A stretch of DNA of 64,000 bases from Picochlorum sp. SENEW3 (lineage: Eukaryota): NCBI GenBank assembly GCA_034226945.1, contig CP120460.1, positions 682,001 to 746,000 on the forward strand, in the 5' to 3' direction. Positions 53,719 to 63,962 of the stretch are shown here, in pieces. The stretch's first letter is position 1. Every line of letters begins with the position of its first letter. A program made the position numbers and the translations under genes. The notes beneath the pieces were generated by a model. It had not been told where the DNA came from, did not search any database, and saw nothing but the letters and a program-made list of their open reading frames with translations.

Positions 53719-54720
53719 TCAACTACTCCTACTAGACGACTGTTTGCCTGGCGATGTGGAACACGTCCTGCTATCAGCTGCACAGCCAGGATAGCCCTGG
53801 ACTGTATCATTCACAGCAGCCTCAGTCAATGGGAGACACAGGCATGCCTCTCCCCCATCAGCTGACCTTACTTTCCTCGGAACCGTCTTGTCCTTTTCAT
53901 CACAATACACCTGTGATCCAGAGTCTTTATGCCATCGAAACCCGCATCGCCCTCCAGACGCACTGCTCTGGGTCGTATTCTTCTCAACTTCCCTCTTGTA
54001 GTCTGCTGCGTGTGATTCCACAATGCCAAGCAATGGCAATGGATTGCCCTTGGCATCGTAGAATCGCCCAATCACACGCCCAACATGGACATATTTGGCA
54101 CTATTGATATAAAAATTTCTCCAGTCGACGAGCTCTGCCATCCGTTCCGGTGATAGATCGCGAATATCATCATGTAGGTCGACATCAAACTTGCCAGTGG
54201 TGTAGGCCCTTGATGCATCCCTTCCAGCAAAGAAATGATACGACCCTCCCCGCCCTGCATATGTACATATATATGAGTCAGTTGATATATACGGAGGAGT
54301 CGGCATTGCGAATACAGAAAACATACCGTAATGCCTCTTGCCTTGGGTCACATCAAAGACAGACCCCAAAATGGCCAAGTACAGTGGACCACCACGCCGC
54401 TGCTTCCCATCATACATGCCCAATTCTTCGGTGGTAAACACCTTCATACTACTATTACGTGACGTCGGCTGCACCGAATGCTGTCGCATTCGAAGGGTTC
54501 CAACCACACCAAACAGAACCAAGAGGCCCATCAGAGGCAGGAGGAGGAGGACTCGAAACGTACTCGTATGGTCTGCTGTTGCTGTTGCTCTTCCTCCTGG
54601 GACTGATGCATTCTTCTTTTCTTGTTCTTTTTCATATGTATGCCCGTGTGGAGCGGGTTTGATGCCATTGTCCTTGATAACGCGTTTTCGAATGCCTTGT
54701 GGCATTCCATCCTCACCCAT
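53719..54720 (-). CDS. Cytochrome b5-like heme/steroid-binding protein (neuferricin/MAPR family)
   Basis: TM anchor; FTTEELGMYDG...LYLAILGSVFDVTQGKRHYG|RGGSYHFFAGRDASRAY; in-frame 72-nt intron 54326-54255. Confidence 0.88.
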   Translation of the reverse strand: MGEDGMPQGIRKRVIKDNGIKPAPHGHTYEKEQEKKNASVPGGRATATADHTSTFRVLLLLPLMGLLVLFGVVGTLRMRQHSVQPTSRNSSMKVFTTEELGMYDGKQRRGGPLYLAILGSVFDVTQGKRHYGMFSVFAMPTPPYISTDSYICTYAGRGGSYHFFAGRDASRAYTTGKFDVDLHDDIRDLSPERMAELVDWRNFYINSAKYVHVGRVIGRFYDAKGNPLPLLGIVESHAADYKREVEKNTTQSSASGGRCGFRWHKDSGSQVYCDEKDKTVPRKVRSADGGEACLCLPLTEAAVNDTVQGYPGCAADSRTCSTSPGKQSSSRSS

Positions 54721-54849
54721 GATAATGTATACGACACTTCATCAAACAATCACGATATCGACTGGCAATATTGATTACTTACTTATATATATATACATAT
54801 AGATGTTTATTATTATTAAATACTGTTTCGATCGATCGATGGATATATC

Positions 54850-55977
54850 TCAGTCACGACGCAGCTCTTCTTCTTCCGCTTCTTCTTGTCTAATTGGATG
54901 GCCCTCGTCAACATCTTCTCTGTCTTCTCCTTCTCCTTCCTCACGACGCAATGCTTTGCCATGCGTCCGAGTCATGAGTGCGAATGTCAGCATGATGGCC
55001 ACCATGGCAATGATCAACACCCCCGCAATTGTTGGCAAGACTATCCACAACACCGTGTTTGATGAACCACCATTGCTCTTCTCAACCGGATTCTTGGCCT
55101 CGAGACCTTGCTCTGTCAGCACATACACGTTTGACTGAGGGTCTTGTATCAGTTCATCTTCTTCGATCAACCCACCACCCGTCGGTCCTCGCTTCAGAAT
55201 ACCCAGATTCTGAGAGGAATCACCAGTGATGGATGGCAAAAAGACAAAGCCTTTGCATCTGGGGTCGGCACTGCATATATCAGAGATTTCTGATGCTGAT
55301 CCATAAATTTCACATCGAGTTTTCGTCGGACTATACCCGCAGGTGAAATCATAGGTCGCTGATATGTTCATGCTCGGAAAGGTGCGGTACCCTGATATAG
55401 AAGGCATGAACATTCTGCTCATCTGCCCAGATGAAAAATCGCTGTCATTTTCAAAGAATTCCGAGGAAGAAGAAGATGCAGGTCTCTTTGATAATAATAT
55501 ACACGCTTTATATGGAACTCGAGACACGTCACCTGGTGTCTCGGCGAATGCCGTGACGTTGAGCCTGTCAGGGACACGGCATCCGCTGGGATGCATGCAA
55601 AAGTTCCAGGCATTGCACCCATCCCAACGAGCACAGGTTGCACAGCACCCTCGCTTCGACCCCGCAATGGTATATAACCTTGGTATTATTGTCGTTCCGC
55701 TCAATACTGTCGAGTTATCGATGATACTGCACCCAGTGACGAGAATACCACCCTGGATGACCTGCACAGACGAGGACTCGCCAGAGGAAGCAGTGCACGC
55801 AGACACAGAAGGGTCGCAGAGCAGTTCCTCCTGTGCTAGTCGCCGTCTCTGTCGTTTTACTCTATCACTAAACATCATGCTAAATCTATTGTGGAGAGAA
55901 GAAGACCCAGTGCTTCGACATTCTACTGACAAGGTCAAAGACAAACACAAGAGCAACCAAATACAACGTGCTCTCAT
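54850..55977 (-). CDS. Single-pass receptor-like protein with tandem Cys-rich PAN/apple-like ectodomains and a short acidic tail
   Basis: Signal peptide; CCATCARWDGCNAWNFC...GC; second domain GYRTFP...C...CSADPRCKGF; TM VLWIVLPTIAGVLIIAMVAIML; ~40-aa tail. Confidence 0.78.
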   Translation of the reverse strand: MRARCIWLLLCLSLTLSVECRSTGSSSLHNRFSMMFSDRVKRQRRRLAQEELLCDPSVSACTASSGESSSVQVIQGGILVTGCSIIDNSTVLSGTTIIPRLYTIAGSKRGCCATCARWDGCNAWNFCMHPSGCRVPDRLNVTAFAETPGDVSRVPYKACILLSKRPASSSSSEFFENDSDFSSGQMSRMFMPSISGYRTFPSMNISATYDFTCGYSPTKTRCEIYGSASEISDICSADPRCKGFVFLPSITGDSSQNLGILKRGPTGGGLIEEDELIQDPQSNVYVLTEQGLEAKNPVEKSNGGSSNTVLWIVLPTIAGVLIIAMVAIMLTFALMTRTHGKALRREEGEGEDREDVDEGHPIRQEEAEEEELRRD

Positions 55978-56476
55978 CCTATTATTATTCTCAGCTGTTA
56001 TTGATCCAATATGTCACGAATGGTTATATGTATTCTCAGGTGTGATACGAACCCATGATGGAGACTGTGTCTCAATGGATTAACGAAGACACACATTGAG
56101 ACAAACGCGTTCTTCGATACTCACATGCGTGCTCTCCTACTATCATGTCGATCAGAAACTATATTTAATTTAATTTCTTCATGGAAAATAGAATTCTATT
56201 GTTGTATACTCATGAGATGAGTCTCTCAAGGAGAGACTCCCATCTCTAGAGATCTCGCCATGGCATGCCTTAATTTGTAATAATAAAATGGCGTCATCGA
56301 CCTGGCGTTTGTCTCATCATGCTCAAGGGAATATTCGACCCAGTGGAGATTACTAAAGGTAGAGAAGGTAATCATGTTATGAACTCGGAGGATTTTATTC
56401 GCTGGGGTGTTTCTATATACGTATTTGGATATATTTGTTTGTAATGTGATTTGGATTTTGTCAAATTCTCTCAAGT

Positions 56477-56597
56477 ATGCGAGTACAACAGCTGAGTATC
56501 TTTTGGGTTGCGCTGTGGGGTGCTGTCGCGGCAGCAGCGACAACACCGGTGCGTTATTGTATGCGGATATGAACATGAATTATTTACCATGGATCAT

Positions 56598-56637
<40 letters not shown>

Positions 56638-57974
56638 GGTGGGTACATTGTTATAGTGACCTGTACATGCGTGTGTGGCTGCAGGAGTTTGCCATTGCCA
56701 AGGACTATGTGATCACCTTTTGGCCTCTCTGGCTCAGTGTGAACCAGTGGGAGAAATTTCCCACCAACAGTTTATTTGGACCAGATGAAATTACGCCAGA
56801 ATTTCACTCTGTGGTGGCCATCAATGTGGACACATTGTATGGTGCTACGATTGTTGATCTGAGCAAGGGGCCTTTGGTGCTCACGGTGCCGGACACGGAT
56901 GTGGGGTATTCTGTGATTCTTGCGGATTCATTTGGGACGTATTTGGATACTGGTGATCTGAAGAATCACAAGGCCGGTGAGTATGGGGGAGGTGGAACGT
57001 ATCTCTTGAAGGGGCCTATGGCTGGGGAGGCCCCCGGGGGAGGAGGGTATGATGTGGTTCATGTGCCATACAATCACACCATGCTCATCTTTAGGGCGGA
57101 TGTATCCCTTCCTGATGGTACCAGTATTCTTGAAAAGACGCATGCTTTTCGGAGGGGACTTCAGCTTGCGAATTTGACTGAATATGAAAACAATGCCGAG
57201 GCAGGTGGTCTCCAAATAGTGTCAGTCGAGTTGTTTTCAACGCCGTACAAGTCTATCGCGGATAACATGGTGCAGTTGGCGCCAATTATGTATTTGAAGC
57301 AGCTTCAAGAGTCAGTCGAGTCGAAATTTATTCCACCTTTGACCCCCATGGAGCAATCTGTGTCTGACCAGTTTGATGCTGCGTTTGATGCACGGACCAA
57401 TGATGGAGAGTTCCAAAAGGGTGCTATTGCTGGATATAACGCACTGTTGGAAAATTATTTCACAAATACGGATGGAAATGGGTGGATTCATTTCACTGAT
57501 ATGGGGGATTGGGGGAATGATACCCTGAACAGAGCCTCAACCACAGAATTTATTCAATGGGGTAATACAATGGAGACTGCTGCGTATTATCACACATTTA
57601 TTGATGGTGATGGTAACGCATTGACTGGGGGAAATGACGCTGTATATATGTTGAAATTTACCCCGGAGGATATTCCTCCAGTTGGACGGTTTTGGAGCGT
57701 CACTGCATACACTCCATACACTGTCGAGTTGATTCCCAATGATGCCAACAAATACCACGTTGCAAGTTACAGCCAAGGTCTTGAGACGGATTCAGATGGT
57801 GGAGTGACTATATATATATCCAAAACAAGGCCTGTAGGTGTGCCAAAAGCTAATTGGCTTCCTGTTTCGGGTTCAAAATTCAATATTATTCTCAGGGTCT
57901 ATGGGATTGTGGAAGGCAGCAACGTAGCAGAGAATACCTATGTCCCACCGGCTATAGTATTGATGTCCAAGTGA
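56477..57974 (+). CDS. Secreted DUF1254/DUF1214-domain protein
   Basis: Exon 1 56477-56548 (MRVQQLSIFWVALWGAVAAAATTP, signal-like); intron 56549-56684; then NVDTLYG...DLSKGPLVLTVPD (DUF1254) and DGDGNALTG...PPVGRFWSVTAY...NWLP...LRVY (DUF1214). Confidence 0.85.
56598..56636. repeat. (ATG)13 microsatellite, intronic
   Basis: 13 perfect ATG units inside the 56549-56684 intron. Confidence 0.95.
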
Positions 57975-58171
57975 CATGAGAACAGATGATGGGGCTAGGC
58001 TTTTGCATTTTTTTTTGCTTAATTGCTTGTCGTTTCTTCTTCACCATATATCAATCTTTAGAATCATTCACTACAAATGTCTTACAATACCGTCTCTATA
58101 ATTGTATTTGACGAAAAATATTCTCTTCGAATAGAAGCGCTCTATAAATAGTAATCATATGTATAGGGTCG

Positions 58172-60613
58172 TCATCTGGTAACATCGCAGACTCGCCCAA
58201 GGGCGTCGAGAAGATCTTTTGCGGTTGGCCTATCGTCAGGATTTTCAGCAGTACATGCCTGATACAAATCCACAATCTCCTGAGGACAGTCGCCTGGTGC
58301 TTGCAATGGACGCATGTCACCACGAGCAGGTGCCTCCCCGGTGCAAATCTCCCACAGTACCACGCCAAATGAGAAAATGTCAGCCTTTTCTGTGCATCTC
58401 TTTCCAGCCAAAACTTCAGGGGCACTCCAGGCAAAGGTTCCTAGGCCACTGATGACTGATAAATAACTCTTATTCAAAACTCTTGCCATTCCAATGTCGG
58501 CAAGTTTTGCTGTCCCGGCTCTAGACAGCAGAATATTTGCAGACTTCAAATCAAAGTGAACAACTCTTCGAGAGTGAAGGTAATGGAGCCCTCTTGCTAC
58601 ATCAACCAAACATTGGGCTCCTCTGCTGTACCAGGAGAATATTCGCTCTCCTTGAGGGTCTTTTGCTGACAGAGCTCTCCACAGGTCCCCAAGCTCCATG
58701 AGCTCTGTGACGAGCAGTGCTGTTCCATGAGGTCCATCCAAACAGGCTCCCAAAAACTGCACTACATTCTTATGGCGAAGGGCTTTCAGAAGGGACGCTT
58801 CTCTAATGAAAGAGTCTTTATGTCGCTCTTCTTCTACATGGTGGATAATTTTAATTGCTACTGGGTGTACACCATGATACAGTCCCTTGTATACTGTTCC
58901 AAAACCACCAGTACCCAATTGCCACCATGTCCCATCAGGTCGCCGGCAGACCTCAACTTCCTCCGGTAAAATAGACCAGTCATCAACTAACCCGGCATCG
59001 GCCAGTCCAGATGATTCATGGGCAATCACTGATGGTATTTTTGTGCTTTCTCTATGCTGTGTTCGTGAGCTAGCACTGGCAGAGCTTCTGCGGCTCTCTT
59101 CTACTGCTGCTTCCAACTCTGCTGCTGCCTTGCTTTCATCATCCTCCAAAAGACTTCCCAATTGCAAGTAGTCTACAGCTGGCCTCTGCTTGTACATTTG
59201 AGAAAATGCATCAATTAAATCACGCGCAGAAGAGCCAGCTGGCATTGAATCAGGTGGAGAAGTTGATCTATCTGGAGTTTGGTTAAACGAAGGCATTTCG
59301 TTTGGTCTCGGAACTTCTGATACAACAATTGTTTGTTGACGCGGCAGTCTCCCTATGACATCTACGGATGTTGGAGAGCCGCTGTCTTCTGCACTCTCTT
59401 CTAAAAAGTCTCCAGATGAGTCTTCTTCTGAAGAGTTTCTAATGTGCCCCACTTTATTCTTATCATTATTCTCATCATCATTTGATGATCGATTCGCACT
59501 TGGGAAAGATCGAGTCATCTTCTGATACCGTTTAATGTAGTACACCATTCCTATCAACGCAGCTATGAGAACGACACCAACGACACTAGCAACAACTGCA
59601 ATGACAACAGTCGATGTCCCATCACTCGAGGTATCAGTCTCGTCAGTGGCCACAATTCCAGCTTGTTCTGCTACATTCACAGATTCCGGTAGCAACCCAT
59701 CCTCAACATAAATTGCAGCATTTGGATTCAATTCAACCTCTGTCACAAATGACTCTGCAACGTCCCCAGTCTTCAAAATACCCACGCTTCCTTGAAATGG
59801 AGTCGGTTGACTGTTTGAGGGATCTAATCCTTTCCTATAAAAATTGAACGCCAAACATTCCTCAACCTCTGAACACACAGCGGCAATCAGATTTGCCGAA
59901 CCCTTGATCATACATCCATACTGATCTGTGCTATTATACACCAAAGAATCCGTCAAATTTACGATACTGGGAGACTCAGAAAAGCCAGACAGATCGCATT
60001 TAAAGTCAAATGCGCTTCCGAGTTCATTACCAGGAAACACCTCATATCCATCCACATCAGGCACACTCACATTCAGTGGCGCTCCAGCAATGAATGGAAT
60101 ATTCTCTCCCTTCGACTTCACATCTGATAGATCAAATACATACTGTGTGAATCCTTCTAAATCTAATAACTGACAACCTAAATACGGAAATGACGTATTG
60201 CTCAACTTCTTTCCCGTTGTGTTTGCAAATGAGCATCCAACTTCCACTGGACACCACTGCCATGCATTGCACTTGTCATTCTCCAGGCAACTCGCACAAC
60301 ATTCTCTGGACGACGCCTTCAAATTCGTCACTGGATCTACTATTTGTCTGTTTCCATTCGCAAATGGGAAGTAATACGTATTAAATGATGGCATGCACAG
60401 CTGAACTGTTGAATCCACTTCTACAGGCCGATTCTCCTCGGGAGATGTACCAATATCCTCGACTTGCTGCAACAACTTCCGCGACAAGATTCTCCCATCC
60501 CCACATAGCGATACTGGTACAGCATGTACCTCATCTGATGCACTCACAGCATGCCACGGGACCCCAATACTCGCAACCACAAGCACTATCAACAACACTT
60601 CAAGTCCCACCAT
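58172..60613 (-). CDS. Receptor-like TKL kinase with PAN/apple-like ectodomain; non-RD
   Basis: Signal peptide; ECCASCLENDKCNAWQWC...GC; TM VVIAVVASVVGVVLIAALIGMVYYI; kinase LGTGGFGTV, VAIK, HFDLKSANILL, DIG, GTFAWSAPE. Confidence 0.9.
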   Translation of the reverse strand: MVGLEVLLIVLVVASIGVPWHAVSASDEVHAVPVSLCGDGRILSRKLLQQVEDIGTSPEENRPVEVDSTVQLCMPSFNTYYFPFANGNRQIVDPVTNLKASSRECCASCLENDKCNAWQWCPVEVGCSFANTTGKKLSNTSFPYLGCQLLDLEGFTQYVFDLSDVKSKGENIPFIAGAPLNVSVPDVDGYEVFPGNELGSAFDFKCDLSGFSESPSIVNLTDSLVYNSTDQYGCMIKGSANLIAAVCSEVEECLAFNFYRKGLDPSNSQPTPFQGSVGILKTGDVAESFVTEVELNPNAAIYVEDGLLPESVNVAEQAGIVATDETDTSSDGTSTVVIAVVASVVGVVLIAALIGMVYYIKRYQKMTRSFPSANRSSNDDENNDKNKVGHIRNSSEEDSSGDFLEESAEDSGSPTSVDVIGRLPRQQTIVVSEVPRPNEMPSFNQTPDRSTSPPDSMPAGSSARDLIDAFSQMYKQRPAVDYLQLGSLLEDDESKAAAELEAAVEESRRSSASASSRTQHRESTKIPSVIAHESSGLADAGLVDDWSILPEEVEVCRRPDGTWWQLGTGGFGTVYKGLYHGVHPVAIKIIHHVEEERHKDSFIREASLLKALRHKNVVQFLGACLDGPHGTALLVTELMELGDLWRALSAKDPQGERIFSWYSRGAQCLVDVARGLHYLHSRRVVHFDLKSANILLSRAGTAKLADIGMARVLNKSYLSVISGLGTFAWSAPEVLAGKRCTEKADIFSFGVVLWEICTGEAPARGDMRPLQAPGDCPQEIVDLYQACTAENPDDRPTAKDLLDALGRVCDVTR

Positions 60614-61177
60614 GACAACTGCGATTCGTATACCTCTTCAATCACATTATCAACACCATATATACCATTTGATTCATTCTGCACCAACAAAATGCCAACA
60701 GTCAACGGATATCCGCACGTTCCTTTCCAACCCCCCGGAATCATGGAGGGGCCCGAACACCAACGTAGAAAATCGAGCAGCATGGCTCGCCGCCAATGGT
60801 AATCATGATTTTAGTCATATATATAATCTTTTTTCAACCATGCGTGAGGAATATGAGACCAACGAGTTCAACGCGATGTTGTCAAACAGAACAAGAGCCA
60901 CGCACCTGTGCAATGCTTGGTCACGCGAATCCCTTACAGTGTTACATTACTCATCTCAAAAAGTAAGGTATTCGACTATAGGACTCCAACCCTTCTCCAA
61001 AATACCATGGTCTCATGTCAAACGAACGCTACAATGGATCGGTTTGTCGACTTCGGTCGAGTGATCTGTTTGATGGGAATACCAATACCAGGCACTTGCA
61101 GTGTCGACGATGGAGCTCGTGTCGACATGGTACAGAAGCCTTTCTTGATCGGTTCTGCATGATGTATATTCATAGAA

Positions 61178-62752
61178 ATGAAGAATGTGGGTAAAACCGT
61201 AGGAAGAATGCGGTTGAAAAGAACCATGCAATCGCCATGCTATACCACGACTCTTGCGAGGCAAAGGCCAGTGCCCTTGACGCAAAAATATGCGACTCTG
61301 AATGGGTTCCGTGGGCGTTTTGCGATGGCTATTGCATCTAGAGATGAAAATTCTACTGAAGAGGTGCCATCGAGGCCGCTGTTTGCGGATTTTATCGCCG
61401 CAAAATCCGTACAAGGTGGGGATGCAGATGCAGATGACAAGGTGGATGAATTAATTGAGAGGACATCAGGGGTGCTTCGTGATGCGGCGGAGGCGCTGCA
61501 AGATATACGGTCAAAGTATGTGGATGAGACTCCCAGTGTGAAGAGAGGAGATGGAGGAGCGGTTGGAGTTGTGAAATCGAGGCAGAGGCCTGCATTTTTG
61601 AACAGGGTGTCACAAGGTGACACAAAAGATGGTTTCTCAAGCTCTTCTCTGGCGCCACCATCGTCTGTAGGAACGTCACTTGATGGTTGGTTTGGAGGAA
61701 AGGTAGATGCCGGCCCTTTACTTGCCCCGAAAAAGGAAAAGCAGGGGCCGAGGATGATGTTTAAGGAGAAGGACTCGGAGACACCGCAGGAGATGTGGTT
61801 TGCTGGGTCACCGTTGGCACCTGAAGCGCCGGAGGAATCGATCAAAGGTTCTCAGAGCTTATTTCCAGAGAGTTTAGCTCTGAAATTCCAGTCTGAGGAT
61901 GAAGAAATCTATGAGGAGGAGTTGGGGCAGGAGGAGGCAATGACTGTTGGGTTGACAGAAATGATGTCTACAACGGAGAGTGGGGAAGAGTTTGGCGAGA
62001 ACGGGTACTGGTACAGATGGACAGAAGTTTCCGGTCAAAATAAGGATGGAACCGTTGCGTGGACAGAAAGGTGGTGGGAAGTGAGTGATTGGTCTGGCAT
62101 GAAGGAATTAGGGGCTGAAAAGTATGGAATTAATGACTCGGGGGATGCATGGCGGGAGACCTGGACGGAAAAAATAAGCATCGATAAAAAGACGAAACAG
62201 CCAATGGTACTAAGAAATGCACATAAATGGGCGAGAGCTGCGAATCAGCAGGAATGGGAAGAAAAATGGTCAGAAGTGTACTGGAGTGGTGGAAAGACAG
62301 AGAAATGGGCTGACAAGTGGGGACGGGATGGAGGGGATGTCTGGCATGAAACATGGGGAGAAGACTATGATGGATTTGGTGGTTGTGTAAAATGGACCGA
62401 TCGATGGGCTGAACGCCCCGATGGGTATGGTGGACTGACCAAGTGGGGAGATAAGTGGAGGGAAGAGTTCAAACATGGTGTGGGGGAGAAGAATGGAGAG
62501 ACGTGGCAAGAGATCCCAGGACAAGACAAGTATCAGAGGTGGTGGGGTGAAAATCATTTTGGAGACGGTCATGTCCAAAAACATGGAAACAGCAGTACAG
62601 GGGAACATTGGGACGTGACAGAGCACATGGATACATATTATAATCCCATTCCTCACTTTGGATATGATTTGGCATTGGCACACTCCCCGCAGCTTCGGGA
62701 GGTGCCTGTTCTGCCAAGAGACGATATTTTAGATTTAGAATTTGAATCTTGA
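61178..62752 (+). CDS. ESV1/LESV-family Trp-rich starch-granule protein
   Basis: Transit-like N-terminus; W/E/D-rich repeats (KELGAEK, WGDKW, GETW, WGENHFG, GEHWD, PHFG). Confidence 0.88.
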   Translation: MKNVGKTVGRMRLKRTMQSPCYTTTLARQRPVPLTQKYATLNGFRGRFAMAIASRDENSTEEVPSRPLFADFIAAKSVQGGDADADDKVDELIERTSGVLRDAAEALQDIRSKYVDETPSVKRGDGGAVGVVKSRQRPAFLNRVSQGDTKDGFSSSSLAPPSSVGTSLDGWFGGKVDAGPLLAPKKEKQGPRMMFKEKDSETPQEMWFAGSPLAPEAPEESIKGSQSLFPESLALKFQSEDEEIYEEELGQEEAMTVGLTEMMSTTESGEEFGENGYWYRWTEVSGQNKDGTVAWTERWWEVSDWSGMKELGAEKYGINDSGDAWRETWTEKISIDKKTKQPMVLRNAHKWARAANQQEWEEKWSEVYWSGGKTEKWADKWGRDGGDVWHETWGEDYDGFGGCVKWTDRWAERPDGYGGLTKWGDKWREEFKHGVGEKNGETWQEIPGQDKYQRWWGENHFGDGHVQKHGNSSTGEHWDVTEHMDTYYNPIPHFGYDLALAHSPQLREVPVLPRDDILDLEFES

Positions 62753-62877
62753 GTCACTTCCACATTGAATACGTATTGAAATGTAAACTGTGCTCAACTG
62801 TGGGCATTGAATGTGTGTGTTTATAAAACAACATGCGTGAAACAAAGTATGCTGCTTGATGAATGAATAATTGATGA

Positions 62878-63962
62878 TCAATACTGAGAAAACAATGATA
62901 CACTGATGGAAAAGCAAAACGCAATGCAGGTAGCCCAATATATGCATGCTCTCACTGAATGGGATGATGCAGTATATTCCTCTACCCAAGTGGTCGAAAA
63001 AGGATCAATACGGGTCTCCAGTGGCATGTTCCCCTGCAATCCACTCAAGAGACGCCCATACGCAGCACCTTCATTCGGTTGGATATAGGTAAAACCATTG
63101 CAATTTGTCATACTTCTACAGACTTTAGCCACCGTCTCCAATTCTTCATAAATATGACAGTACTCTTGGTTGTTGGCTGAATAATCCAGCCCTCCAAATG
63201 ATGCAGGAATATCACATGGTGCCAACTCCTTGTCTTGAAGAATTTGTGCTGGATAATAATCAAATCCATCCAACATCGCAGTTCGCTCAAAGTTATTCAC
63301 GGCAGAAGAGACAATATTAGGAACATCAGATGAGAGATACTCCAGAGCATCTTTTCCTTGCACTGTTGATGGCAGTGCATTCCATAGAATGCATCCCTGG
63401 AAGGCCAGCGTCGTCACATTGATACGATCCGCCAAAACGTCAGGAATCTCACAATCGTTCAATCCATTGCAAAATATCCAAAGATTGCATCCACTCGTCT
63501 CAATACACTCTTGGCAGCACCCAACAAGGTTGCTGGACCCTCTTGCCACATTCAGTGACAAGAGCGTACCCTCTCTTGGAATGACCCACCTGTCGAACTG
63601 CAATATGCAACGTCCGCTATCTTCTATAGCACCTGAAAGTACACACATTATATAGGTTTGTTTGTCACTTGACATCCTAAAAACAATGCATCCTCATGCA
63701 GGGAATCTTCGCTCCCGTCGGTTTGTCTCGTGCGACTCACTATCCAGACGCGGACGCCACCGGTGAAGCCTCGTGCGGTATCGGAAGGGATGCGTTTGCG
63801 TTTATTCGGCATAAATATCATTCCGCATGCATTGCATATTATAGTAAACGTACTTGTATTCACAATTTCCTCCGCGTGAGCGACTGTAATGGCCCAAAGC
63901 ACCGCGACGACGGCACACGGTAGAGGGTGTAGCATAGAGTCAGTATGCTTTGACGAAGCCAT
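62878..63962 (-). CDS. PAN/apple-like ectoprotein with a C-terminal hydrophobic (putative GPI) tail
   Basis: Exons 63962-63854 (signal peptide) and 63632-62878 (221-nt GTACGT...TTTCAG intron, frame-consistent); GCCQECIETSGCNLWIFC; ends ASSHSVRACIYWATCIAFCFSISVSLFSQY. Confidence 0.72.

Noticed and set aside
56508..56684. Poly-Met (13 M) N-terminus in the ORF track
   Set aside because: It is the intronic (ATG)13 microsatellite; a GT-AG splice from a signal-like exon (56477-56548) gives a better protein.
60612..61162. ORFs of 150 and 84 aa between the kinase and ESV1/LESV
   Set aside because: No recognisable motifs; likely divergent promoter or UTR sequence.
61940..62700. Trp-rich repeats as a novel repeat protein
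   Set aside because: Explained by the known ESV1/LESV starch-binding domain.
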